Translations under genes and position numbers: made by a program
Source of the DNA: Podarcis pityusensis
Lineage: Eukaryota
Reading direction: 5' to 3' (one strand)
Assembly: GCA_964106645.2 (NCBI GenBank)
Contig: OZ067043.1
Length of the DNA: 64,000 nt
The notes under the pieces: model-generated
The model's input: the letters and a program-made list of their open reading frames with translations, nothing else
Database searches by the model: none
What the model was told of the DNA's origin: nothing
Shown: positions 1-12,206 of the stretch, piece by piece
Numbering within the stretch: the first letter of the stretch is position 1
Layout: each line of letters starts with the position of its first letter

Positions 1-582
1 GTTTGCAGAGTGGCAGAAATCTGTGTCAAAGCCTGTGGAATTTTTGCCTATCTCCAAAAGTTCAAATTGCTGGGCATCTAAAGATGCATATGTGGACTGT
101 GTGGCCTGTTCTCTGCTGCTCTGCTGCTCTACCATCAAAGAGAAACACGTATTTTAAAATGATTTCCCTTGAGATGTTGAGGGGTATAAACTTTATAAAA
201 ATGGTACACTATTTTTCACAAAACTGTGCCCAGTGTAGGTTATGATGAATACAAACAAAACATGCATAAGAATGTGAACAGAGGCCTGCTGGGTCAGACC
301 AGGGGTCCATCGTGTCCTGCTTCCTGTTTTCACAGTCGTCCACCATAAACCCAGGACAACACTTGGTTCCAGTTTTACCCCCAGCAACTTAATTAACTGT
401 TCTGTTAAGGAAGTAGATGTACATTCATTGAGTTCTAGAGAAAGCCTTCGGGAATGCACTAGAGTAATGAATACCTGGACCTCCCTTTGTCACCTGGCTT
501 ACAGGTTTTCCTCATGGAAATGTAGAGTCACCTTGGTAAATAGCATTGCTCTCTCTCACGCTAGCTTCCTTTTGCTACCCAG

Positions 583-795
583 CTACTTGAGGCCATGAAC
601 CAAGGGGACCCAAGCAGGCGCCAGCGACGTCAGGCAGAGCGGCTCAAGCCTTATATTGCTGCCCAAATGGATGATCTGCCAGAGACCTTTGTCTTGGGGG
701 ACCAGAAGAGCTATCAAGGCTTCTACAATAAGCCCCTTTCAGAAGACTTGAGCTACCGTTGTTTTGTGCTGGCTTCACTGGAGGATGGGGATACG
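583..795 (+). CDS. PTPRF: PTPRF exon: membrane-proximal ectodomain with furin-type site (LLEAMNQGDPSRRQRRQAERLKPYIAAQ...LEDGDT)
   Basis: AG at 581-582, GTAAG at 796; 213 nt, phase 0/0. Peptide matches recalled LAR (human RRRRRQAERLKPYVAAQ). RRQRR at 616-630 fits R-X-R-R. Confidence 0.95.
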
Positions 796-2915
796 GTAAG
801 GACCACGAGAAGCGAAGGGACTGTGTGCTGCCTAAGACTACCATTAGGGAAGCTTTGTCACAGTGGAACTTTGCTCTGCAAAGCTTAAGCTAATAAAATC
901 AGATGTATAAAACAACTCAGAATCTCCTTCCCCTTCTCCATGCCTCTCTTGCCGGGTGCCTTGCAGTCCATAGGAAGAAAATAGATTATCTGCCCCACTC
1001 TCTGTGCTTCTTCACTTTCCACACCCCTGTAATCTTTAGGATTATCCATTGTTCCAAGCCAGAATGAATAAGGGAGGGGAAATGGTGGATAATGCCATTG
1101 CTTCTGCAAATGTGTAAATAATGTCCACCCATAATGAAGATACTCAAGCCCTTCTGCTCCATCCCATGCTGGGTCTCTCACTTTCAGCCTCATTTACTTG
1201 TAATGGCTCATTAGAGCTGGTCAAATGCTTCATTACTCTTCTGGTCTGAGCACTTGTGTGGCGGACATAGCAAACATGCAGGCAGGAGAATAGAGACCGC
1301 AGAGCAGGCGGAGAAGGTGCCCTTGTGCCACAAGGTTGGGTACTGCATGTACAAGAGTGAATGTGCATAAGAGCACTTTGGCTAGCAGAGCAAACTCTCC
1401 AAGCAACTGGTTTTATTTTGTGGTGCAACTGCAGCTGCCCTCTACATAAGATCTGCTGCCCTCACAAAGTTCTCTGCCAGTTCTTTCTGAAACCTGTGCC
1501 AGGTTGTGAGCTCCAGCTTGGCACTCAACTCAGTCTTCGTGTTCTTAAACTAGAGGAATGAAGCCACAATATCATAAATGGCTGTTGCTGAAAGAACGAT
1601 TGCAGAGCCACAGATTACTTTGTCATTTAGCACTTTATCAGTCTCGTTTCATTTATCACTGCATTATTCTGCATTTCATTTCCCTGTGACTTCATTGGTT
1701 ACAGCCCCCTCCATGTCCCCAGGCATGTGTATATATACATATACCTGTAATTCAGAGTAACACATCATGCATCTAATGGGCTGTAGTTCACAAAAGCTAT
1801 GCCACAGTGAATTTATTAGTCTTTAAGGCACCGCAAATACCTTCCTTGTTTTTGCTGCCCCCTGGAATTCAACATTTATTGTTTTGTTTCCCCAAGAAGT
1901 GTCAAAAATTTAGTTCTAATCTTAGAATTTGGGGAACGTGTAGTTATTTCTCAGTAATGGGCTCTAGAATATTATTTTTTTACTATTCTGCATGTTCTAG
2001 GACTTAGCCCTGCCACTGAACCAGGTTCCAGAGACAAAATGTGGCTCAAATTAAGCCAGGCAGGTGTTTCCTGCTGAGCATCCACAAAAGCAGCTGCTAT
2101 GGGCACGTTTTCTCTGTGTTTCAGAGAAGAGGCTATTTAAGATCTCCGCTTTCAGACTGGCAGAATTTGGTCAACAGGCATCTCCGCAGGGGCTAAAAGT
2201 GAGACCAGTGTACGCCTCTACCTTGAGCAGGGCAACAGGAAGCCTCCACTAGAACAGAGAACATGGTCCTCCCTGAACATACGTCTTCTGGCAGGCATTA
2301 AAAAAAAGATATAAGCATAGCATGTATTGGAACAGAGCCAGCCAATTTTGTATTGCTTTTTTGGTTGCAACTTGCCAGTCCCTTGTATGACTTGGAAGCC
2401 TTTGCATGTTAGAAGCCCCATGTGAATCCTGCTGTATTCAGGGCTTATGCTAGAGCTTCAAGGACAGCCATGAGTTAGTCTGCTGTTCAGTGTGGAACAT
2501 AATGCCCAGTGGGTGTTCCTTGACATATAACCCCCTAGGGTGATGTGTTTATAACGGCATAATAGGTATTATAAACCACTTAGTCACTACCCGCCAGGCC
2601 TGATGCTCAGTTGGCTGCATCTCCAAAGCCTATAATTTGGCTCTTCGTGTGTCTGAGGCTGGCAACTTGTTCTCAGCTGGACTATTCCTTTCTGGCACTG
2701 AGGGAGGCCACTTTCTAGCTGATGTGGTTCTGAATGTTCCATTACTGTGGAGAGAAGGTTTGTTTTCACGATGTCTGTTAATTCCCTGGGTGCTCATGAG
2801 GAAAATTGCAGGTGGGCAGCTTGGGGCTATTGTACCAAGGGACAACTCAGAATTAAGCAAGGAAGAGACCTGATCAATGATCTTTGTCTGCTCTCCTCTC
2901 TCTCAAACTCACCAG

Positions 2916-3067
2916 AAGAAGTATGCAGCCAGCCCCTACTCAGATGAGATTGTGATGGAGGTTTCAGCAAAACAGCAGGATGAACCAGAGATGCTGTGGG
3001 TGATGGGGCCTGTCCTGGCTGTCATCTTAATCATCATCATTGTCATTGCTATCCTGCTCTTCAAAAG
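2916..3067 (+). CDS. PTPRF: PTPRF transmembrane exon (KKYAASPYSDEIV...MLWVMGPVLAVILIIIIVIAILLFK)
   Basis: Pyrimidine tract + CAG at 2913-2915, GTGAG at 3068; 152 nt, phase 0/2; hydrophobic TM helix typical of LAR. Confidence 0.96.
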
Positions 3068-3849
3068 GTGAGCACACGCCTGTGCCCGTGCAATGTGGTG
3101 GTGTCCATGGTGCAGTATTGTGCCAAGCTCAAGAACATTTACAGTGAGCAAACTATATGATAAATCCAAGGACACTGTCTCTTCTGGGGGATGTGGTCTG
3201 AACCTTCCTGAAGGTGTTTCTCAATGGAGCCTGCAAAACAGTGCTATGTAAGGCAAGCCCTAGGAAGGGGTGGGGAGCATGGGATCACATTCAGTGGTTT
3301 CTGCATTTCATTTTGTGCTGAGAAGGTATATACTGGAAGTGAACTGGGGCTGTGTCAGTGCCAGATGAACTGTGAAGCCATAGGACATGGCTTCTGCTTA
3401 GTGGTTCTAGGGTGATGACCTGGATCACCATGCCTCAGATTAAGTAAAAGGCTCTGGCCAACAAATGCCTACATCCCTTGGTTTATTCAGAGGCCTGGTG
3501 CTTTTCCCCAAGTCTTCTTGGCTCCAAGAATGAACCCTCCATGTGGTAACAGGGACCCTTTGTTCCAGAGATTTGTCCTCAGCCTAGTCATAGGTGTTCT
3601 GATCCATGATCTGGGACATGGGTGTCAAGTGCTTGGGCTGTTAAAAGAAGCAGGAGCTGCTCATTTGGTTACAGGGAGTGCTTACTCTCCCATCTTTGCT
3701 CTGGGAAGCTGTCATCATTTTTCTCCAACTAAATGTGCATAATAACACCAAGAGGGGAGGTGACTTTGGGTTATTGCATGCACAATTAGTACCTTTTTGT
3801 AACCTGGATTTCCTCTTTTTTTTTCTATATCTGCTGTCCCTGGATCTAG

Positions 3850-3861
3850 CAAACAAGAAAG
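3850..3861 (+). CDS. PTPRF: PTPRF 12-nt alternative juxtamembrane microexon (gives ...LFK-SKQE-RKR...)
   Basis: Long T-rich tract, TAG at 3847-3849, exon CAAACAAGAAAG, donor GTAGAC; phase 2/2 matches both flanking exons. Confidence 0.8.
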
Positions 3862-5451
3862 GTAGACATCTGCCCTCCTCCCCCCACCCTTACTAATCCT
3901 TTGCTTTGTCTGTTTCACATCCACTGTTTCATCTTGTTAAAAACAGTAAGCATAAGTCTTCCTATCCAGACTAATCTGGCTTTTGGATATTGCTCTGCCT
4001 ACCTAGCCATTGTGGTGTCCTAAACTCCTTTAACCTTCTCTTGCTGTTATATTTAAATAAATGGCTTCACAAGTAAGGTGTGACAGAGTTTTAGAAAATT
4101 CCTTTTCAGTGCATTTGGTGTTCCAGGATTTGTGGGGTTATTTGCCCCCTATATTGATCAAGGATGTGACATTACCATGAGCTGACTCTAGTTCCTTGGC
4201 ATAATCAGCATGCTCTATAAACCAGTTAATAAGGCCTTGCTCTGAGCTGTTCCCTTTTCAGTGTCACTGTGTGTGTCCTACAAAGGTCTCCCACTGCTTG
4301 CTGACTTTGGTGTCTAGCTGATTCTTAGTAAATCTGGAAGTAATGCTGTTACAACAGAGTGACACTGACTTTCAGCAGGAGGCAGGAACCAAAGCAAAGT
4401 CTTAGGCTTATTTCAACAATGGTCCCCTTTGGTGATAAATTCAAGTTGATGCAGGGCTCTTATTTCAGATGTTGTAATGTGGTGGCTGCTTTATAAATGA
4501 CTCCCCACTTCATTCATGCATGTGCATACAGCTGAACAAACTTTTGTTTTCTCCCCTCACAGCACAGAGAGCTCATGAGGCACCATGCTAATTGTGGCAA
4601 TTTCTCCCTTCTACCAAATAGAGTTGTGCCGTCAGGCAAAGTAAAAAAATCCTTTTCAGGGTGCTATCAACAGTGTCTCCAGGTTAATCATAAGTGCTTT
4701 GGGCTTCTGATGTGTTTGAAAGAGCAACATATACACACACCTCTCTGCTGAATTGCCTGCAGGATTGCCGCACAGTGCTCCTTAATACCAGGCTGGGGTG
4801 TTTCTGTTTCTGTTGAATACCCCCTCCCCGTGGCTTAGTTACCCCAGAAAACACATTGCAACTTTAAGAGGCAACACCATATGAGGTTTTTTGGTTTAAT
4901 GGTTGCCACTGGACATCACTGATAACTCTTCTTGTCATGCCAAAATTTCCTGTAAATGTCTCCCATTTAATCACTGAGCAGGTTCATCTCTGCTTAGCTA
5001 GTGAAATCTACTAGGATAAGAGCCTAGGGTGGTGGAGCTGCAGGCATAAATATAGCATGAAGAGACAACAGTGTATTTTATTGTTCCATTAACACACGCC
5101 TGGGGGGCCTTCAGCCACTCAAGACAAGTATTAATGGACCAATAAAATTCACCCTGAAGAGCCCTTACCCTATTATATTACAACTCTTCACATTTTAAAT
5201 AATTTTTTTAATACTTGGCAAAATCTTAAGTATATTCATCCACCACAGGAAATAGTTCCCAACACTGGTGTGTGGAAGATGGAAGTGGAACTGGAGATTT
5301 TGTAAGCCTGTGTCTGGCTCTGGGGAGGGGGTTACCAGTCCCCCTTACAGCTAGGTGCATTATTGAGTCTGCTACAGGGTCATCTTGAAGCTCTCTGCCA
5401 TTTGGTCCATGCCCAGATCTACCTTCTGAGCTGCGCCTTCTCTTCCTTTAG

Positions 5452-5567
5452 GAAAAGGGCCAATTCACCCTCCGCCAAGGATGAACATTCCATTGGCCTG
5501 AAGGACTCCTTGCTGGCCCATTCCTCTGATCCTGTTGAAATGAGGCGACTCAACTACCAAACACCAG
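5452..5567 (+). CDS. PTPRF: PTPRF juxtamembrane exon (RKRANSPSAKDEHSIGLKDSLLAHSSDPVEMRRLNYQTP)
   Basis: TTTAG acceptor, GTAGGT donor; 116 nt, phase 2/1. Sequence is PTPRF-specific rather than PTPRD/PTPRS. Confidence 0.96.
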
Positions 5568-7549
5568 GTAGGTACCACTTGACGGCCCCACAGAGGCCTG
5601 TGCTCCTTTTACTGGCAGAAGTTTGTGATAAGAGAGCCTCTTCTTCCCTTTGCAGTGTTGTGTGCACCTTCTCAGGCTAGGTTCAGAGGCCAGTGTGGCT
5701 CAATACACTGTTGCTCACGTGTATCTCTGACATTGGCAACAGTCAGAATGGGGATGGCAGGCTTTCTGTTGGCTCAATAGCCTGACCATACATGCATCAC
5801 AAGGTGCTGGAAGGCATAGCGTGACAAAGAACAGGCTCTAATGGAGCCCTTGTCATGATTTATCTTATATTCCATAGATAACACTCAGTTTTTTGGCCCA
5901 CATCGTGCTTTCCAGATATGGTCTCAAAATTAGCCAGCAAAAGGAAAGTCCAACATGCCAGTAGGTCCACTGTCAAGTAGCAGATAGGCAGGTTCATGAT
6001 TCAGCTCCTGCAGTGCTTCCAACTCTTAAGGTACGTTTCAGTTGTAATAGATGCTGTTTAGCTGTGTCAGCAAAGCAATCTGTCTTCAACAGAGTCTATT
6101 TCCTAGATTTCTTGCTTTGTGGAGGGCCTCACATCCTCATCTGAGGCAGGATGTGGTTTGCATTCTATCGTGTTAGAGTTGAAGCAACCTATTCCTTCCT
6201 TATTTAGATTGTGGGATTCATGAAGGCTATTGAATGATGTTAGCGGTCAGTGGGGGCTTCTAGCTCAGTACACCCAGACTCTACCTAGCAAGATGTGACC
6301 TGTATTCCTTTTCCTCAAAACTATTTGTCCTCCTATAATAGATTTTGGGGGGAAAGCAGTTGCAGGAAGGGAATTGGAAGTTGTGTCCTGTGACTATGTG
6401 CAGTGCTGCTCTCTTGTCTCTCTTTCTGGGCTTGAGTCCTTTACCTCATACTGCCTTGCAGATGGGTCAGAGGACGGGGGCTTTTGTGGGTTGTACACAC
6501 ACAGCTTGTAGAATTGGGAGCACGACCCACCCTATTAGTGTAAAGTCATTATTCCACCAGATGGTTTGCAGAGTCCAACATGACAGGAGAGTTAGAGGTC
6601 TAGTCCAGAGGGGTCACAGAGAGAAGATAGAGGCATGGACATGGTGCAGAGTTGTATGTGCTAACAAGGGATGTTGCACAAAAGGGAAGCTTGACAAAAG
6701 AAAGCGAGTTAGCCTCATAGTGTATACGCAATCCCCCCCCCCCATATTCGCAGGTGTGACCATACTTGCTGAGCTGCTAGCTTGAGCTTTTGCAGCCTTT
6801 TATCTTCTCAGGTGCCCAGTAGGGAACAATCAGTGTACTAAAAAAGTTCTGGTATTATTGTTTCAGTCTGAGACACTTAGTTGCCTCCACCTAGCCTCAC
6901 CCTCTTCTGTGATGGATGGATGCCTTCTGTGGGCCAGACAGCAGCAACTAAACCCTGAGCAGTCTCATAGTTGATATCCCTTCTGGCAAATGTAGAGGCA
7001 GGAAAGGCCTTGCTCAGTACATAATTAATCAAGCTGCTGTTATTAAATATTAAGCTTATCACTTTAATAGTTTCCACTTTAGACACAGGTTCTTGCGTGA
7101 ATTGTCAGCTCCTTTGTTCTCATGTTCCATTTTGCAGACTTGTGGCAGGTCAGGCAGGGTGATGTCGCTACTAAGTGATTGGGTGAATTTTGACTACACC
7201 TTGGTTCCAAGGCTCTGCTGCTGTCTCATGTAGGAGGGAAGCATGGTCTTGGAAAGCAGCATGTGCTGGGAATAGGAACTCTGTTTCCTGGCCAACAAGC
7301 AAAGCCATCTATCATGTCTGTTGTGGGGAAATCCTCTTTGTGAAATAATCCTGGTTGTACTTGGTGCTTGTCTTAATACATCACCCTCCATGCTGCCGCA
7401 TGTGTAGCAAGCATCAAGTTGCAATTCCCATCCCTAAATGTAGGAATGTGAAGGTTGTTGTGGGGATTTTTGTGCTGCCCTTTGACCCTCCTCTGTCGCA
7501 TCTTTAACTCTTCCCTCAGCAACAGCTAATGGGATTTCTGTTCTTTCAG

Positions 7550-7582
7550 GTGCCAGTGGCCCCAGTTGCCCGAATATCTCAA
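7550..7582 (+). CDS. PTPRF: PTPRF 33-nt alternative cassette exon (G-ASGPSCPNISS-M, LASE-a-like)
   Basis: CTAAT branch-like motif 7526-7530, TTTCAG acceptor, GTTAGT donor; phase 1/1. Resembles the recalled mammalian 11-aa LAR insert SSAPSCPNISS. Confidence 0.85.
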
Positions 7583-8189
7583 GTTAGTTTTCTCTCCTCC
7601 TCCTTTTTCTTCTTCCTCACTATCTTTTCCCCGCCTCTTTCTTTCTCATCTTTTTTGTTCAGTGTCATGAAGGTCAACCTCACTCACCACAGACTTAGTG
7701 CTAACCCTTCTCTTGCTAGTGAGCCAGGCTGCTCCCCACAAACTAGTCTCTGGTGCTACTCACATACAATGCTCCAGCCTGCATGTGAAGAAAGAAAGAG
7801 AGATTAACACGTCACAGTTTTCCAAACAATGAAATTCATAAATCAGCCAGCAAAATTGCAATCTTGACTGAGCACATGAGGCTGCAGCAGCTCTTTCTTT
7901 GGTATGTTATAGGACCCCAACTTAGGGAAGCAAGGCCTGGCTGCAGTTGCAAAGGATGCACTTATATCATGTGGAGGCCATACAGCATCTCCTCCAAAAT
8001 GAAAAGGAAGTGTTCTCTATCCAAATGTAGTCCAGCAAGCTAGGACATGCTCATCCTATCCATATGCTCCTCAGCCACTGTTTTGCAGGCAGCACCTTAC
8101 TGGAATGCCTTAAACCCAAATGTATTTATTTAGGTATTCAGTCATTCTTAAACCCAGTTCAGGTTATGCAGGTATAAAAACAATGACAT

Positions 8190-8575
8190 CATCATCATCA
8201 TCATTATTATTATTAACCACCCTTCATCCAAGGATCACAGGGTGGTTTACAATATAAAACTACAAAAATACATACTATAGTAACAAACAAAAACCACACA
8301 CACAAACAGTTTAAAAGGTCAGATTGTCTAATTAGCCAAAGGCCTGGGAGAAAAGGAATGATTTTGCCTCGTGCCTAAAGATACGTAAGAAAGGCACCGG
8401 GTGAGCCTTCTTGGGGGGCGGCATCCCACAAAGGGGGAACCACCACAAAAATGGCCCATTCTTGTGTTGCCACCCTCTGGACCTATTGTAGAAGAGGCAC
8501 ATGAAGAAGGGCCTCAGATGATGATTACAGGGTCCAGGCTGGTTGATAAGAGGAAAGGTGGTCCTTGAGGTACAA
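8190..8575 (-). mobile_element. L2-like LINE 3' fragment
   Basis: (ATC)n(ATT)n tail followed by sequence resembling squamate L2-type 3' ends (GGGTGGTTTACAAT, AAAGGCCTGGGAG); family assigned by eye. Confidence 0.5.
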
Positions 8576-9980
8576 TACAAAATAATACATGAGAGTAGCG
8601 GAAATTAAAATTTACAAAACCAAGTCCTGCAGATAATTCCATAAAATCCCAACACTTAAAAATGTTTGTGAAAACAAAAAGGTTTTGAGCTGATGCAAAA
8701 AGGATAACTCCATGGGCACTGACCCTTGATGTGGGACATCAAAAGGGGACTTTTGTTCACATCTTAACAACCAGGCGGGACAGTACTGGGAGTGGTGCTC
8801 CTTCAGGGGTCCTGAGTCATGCAGGACTTAATAGGTCAGTGATAGTACATTGGATTGATCTCAGAAATGTATTGGAAACCTGTGTAAATCCCATAGAATT
8901 AGAATAATATGATTCCAGGTGGTTGACCCACTAACCAAATGGGCTGCTGCATTTTCCTCTAACTGCAACTTCTGAACCATCTGCAAGAGTAGTCCCTCAT
9001 GCAGCTGCTCTTTTATTCTTTTGCTCTCTCTGCCTGTGTCTTAATGAATGTGAAGTGCAGTGTGTCACCTACAAATACTGTCTTAATTTTCTGAGCTTCT
9101 GGTGGACAAAGGAGAAGGATGGGATTTTGTTCTATATTGTGCCTATAAAGTTTACTTTGGCTCTGGCCTCCACGGCAAGAGGAAAATGCGGGGGGTGGGG
9201 GCAGGAATTGCTGCAGATTTTACTTCCTATTGATACTTTGAGAATTGCAGAGGAACAGAGATGAGGTTTAACTTGTGAGAAGAACAGATCCTGTCTCTTG
9301 ATTAGGGGCTGGTGTAAGTCTACTTTGTGAGATTGTGCATCATTGCACAGTCATCAAACTCAAGAAGGCTAGATGCACAAAAGCTTACTTTCCAGACCCT
9401 CTTTGCTCCCTACCTATCACTAGGCAAAATATTCTTTGATAAGGAATGGTTTATAATTGCCCAGCTATTAGATACAGGATTTCTTGGTGCCTTTCTTATA
9501 GATGCATGGCTGTGAGTGCTTAAGACTTGTCCTCTGCCTCAGTCACTGAGAACATGAGAGTGGGCTGTTGAGAGATACAGAAAGTGGTCCCAGGGCCCAG
9601 TGAACAATGCTGGCATCTGTTCAGGATCTCTGTATCTGTACTGTAGTGTGCACTGTCTGAATGGAATGCAGGGCGCAGACTCCAAGGGCTTTGTACTTTA
9701 TTGCCTAGGCCCCTTCCAGCCTCAGTCCATACAACAGTATCTTCACCCTTTTTGGCCTGGTATTATATGTGGAAGCCATCTGGCTGGTCGCTGTCTCATC
9801 AGAGCATGCACACATACATTGTGCCATTGCGTGGGCACTGCATGCCATGTTACCTCACTCATGTTCCATCCATCGCGCCACATTGCCATTTGGTCTGCTG
9901 TGCGCATGTGCAGGAACACTCTTCAGCTGTGCAATAACTTCTTACCCTGCTACCTCCCCTCCTTATGTTTGATCTGGTAG

Positions 9981-10078
9981 GCATGCGTGATCATCCTCCC
10001 ATTCCAGTGACGGACCTCGCAGACAACATCGACCGACTGAAGGCCAATGATGGGCTGAAGTTTTCCCAGGAATATGAG
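9981..10078 (+). CDS. PTPRF: PTPRF wedge exon ([32 protein letters not shown])
   Basis: TAG acceptor, GTGAGC donor; 98 nt, phase 1/0. Confidence 0.96.
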
Positions 10079-12206
10079 GTGAGCCTGCTTGGGTGTTTAA
10101 TCTTGGATCTGTATTCTTCCAGACTCAGGGGATGACAACCTGGTGCCCTCCAGATTTCTGGACTGCAACTCCCATGAGCCCCAGTTACGATTTAGAATGT
10201 CTTGATAGCACCAGAATGGTTGCTTTTGTCCTGGACAATAGTTTTATCTGCAGCTCCTCAGCCCAACCTAACACTGCAGAACTTACAAAAGAACTCTGCT
10301 CATAACTGCCCTATATGCTGGAAAAAAGTGTAAAATGTAATGTGTGAACGGTCAAGTGCAGACTTGTTTTGCTTCCAGTATATAGAAAAATATAGATATA
10401 GATTCTCACATTATGTTTTGCACACTTTCTGTTAGTTATTAATTATATTGGAAAAGGTTACACTTTCAGTAGCCTCAGAGTGCTGTTTATGCTGTGATGT
10501 AGGCCAAAATAGTGGTATTGAGAGGCCAGGAATTATGGTGGCTTTTGCAGGCAAACTCCTTCTCTCCACGATGAACCATTTACTAGGCAGATGATTAATT
10601 TGAAAAATTGCTATGTTGGAAAAAGTTCCCTTGTAGCTATTAGAGTCACAGTAGCAGGATAAATGTTTTCCTGTGCTTGCAGCATGCCCTGTAGGGCCCA
10701 CTTCAGCTGTGAGGGGCTTAAATCATAAATAAAACTCTTCTCATATGTGTAGAGGGGGAGGATAAATTGAGGAAGTGTCCTTTTCATGCATTATTGGTCC
10801 TGCTTGAATTGTTATCTTCTTTTGCCCCTGACCTCCCCTTGCAGCAGCATATCTCCCTTGATTCAGGGGATGTGATACAAGCATTGCCCAGAAGGCAAGA
10901 TTATAGAGGCCAGGGAGAAGCACTGGCTGGCTAAAGGCTAGCATGTGAAAGAGGCACCAAAGCCTAGCAAGGTTTGGAAAGACTGTTAACCACACACTGC
11001 TGATCCGCAGTATGTTTTCCAAGAACTCCCAGCTGGGTGAGTGCTTATGAGGCTGTTAGCCTGCCAGGACCCAAAATCCCACATGCAAGCCCATTTCTAA
11101 TTGGGCTCTTGTTTTCATAGATCATTGTGACAGCAGCCATTTTTTTCTGGAGTGTGGTACGAAAGAGGACCATGGACAGCATTAGCTACAATAGTATCAG
11201 GGCTGGTGGGGGTGCTGAGTGTTCTCACTCTTCTAGGGGGCTTCAGTCACACTTTAAAGAACACACTATCTCTTAAAAGTGGTCATTAGATACAATTCTG
11301 ACTTGCAACCTTCCAATCCCTCTCTCTCAAATTCCAGTTTCAAGTAAACATCAGCTGCATTTACCATGATTAAGTAGCTATTAAGGAAGGAACTAATTTT
11401 GGTATATGGATTTTTCTTGGGGATTCTGCTGCCTTGTACCCCTGTCTAAACCATTCATCTTTGTTAAGTCCAGGGCAGGCTGAGTAACAGGAGAGGATTT
11501 TCCCACTAGCGCAGGGAGAAGTTGTACTGAAGCAATACTCACTCAGAAAGTTGGAAAATAAAGAAATAACCCTTTGTTGTTTTTTGTCCTTGTCACTACT
11601 GGAGAAAATTTGAACTTTCAGGCCTAGCAAGCACTTTGATACCACAGGCACTCTGTTAGGGCCATGGCTGTGTGGTGCGGAAGAAGAAATCTAGAATAGT
11701 AGGTAGATGATTCAGGAGCAGTCTTGTGTATCTAAGCTGAGTAGTGGAAGAGCAATATAGTGCTGAGATGTGGGGGTATACTGAGACATTGAGAAGGCAT
11801 TCTTCATCACAACACAGATCACAGTTTTTCCTCTCAGCCTAATCCTGTGAGTTCAAGAACTCAGCTAATTGAACTGGGTTTGCAGCTGGCTGAAGCAGCA
11901 AGAAGGAAAGGGAAAGCAGTTTGGATCAGCCCTTGAGGCTATTTGTGTGCTCATTAATTTGGGTAGAATTGCATGTTATGTTTCTCACACAAACCTAGCC
12001 ACAAAACCGCTGCATAAAGGACATGCTCAAAGCCATAGGTAATTCAAAGGTCTGCATACTTAATACTTCAGCCACAGGGATGGAACAGCATTAGGAGTAC
12101 CTGCTCAGGGCAAAACCTAGCTCATAAGCAAAATAAGAAACACTACAGTTCCTAGCCTCAACTTCAGGACCTCAGGGGTAGTAGTAGAGAAAGTGTGGTC
12201 AAGCAT

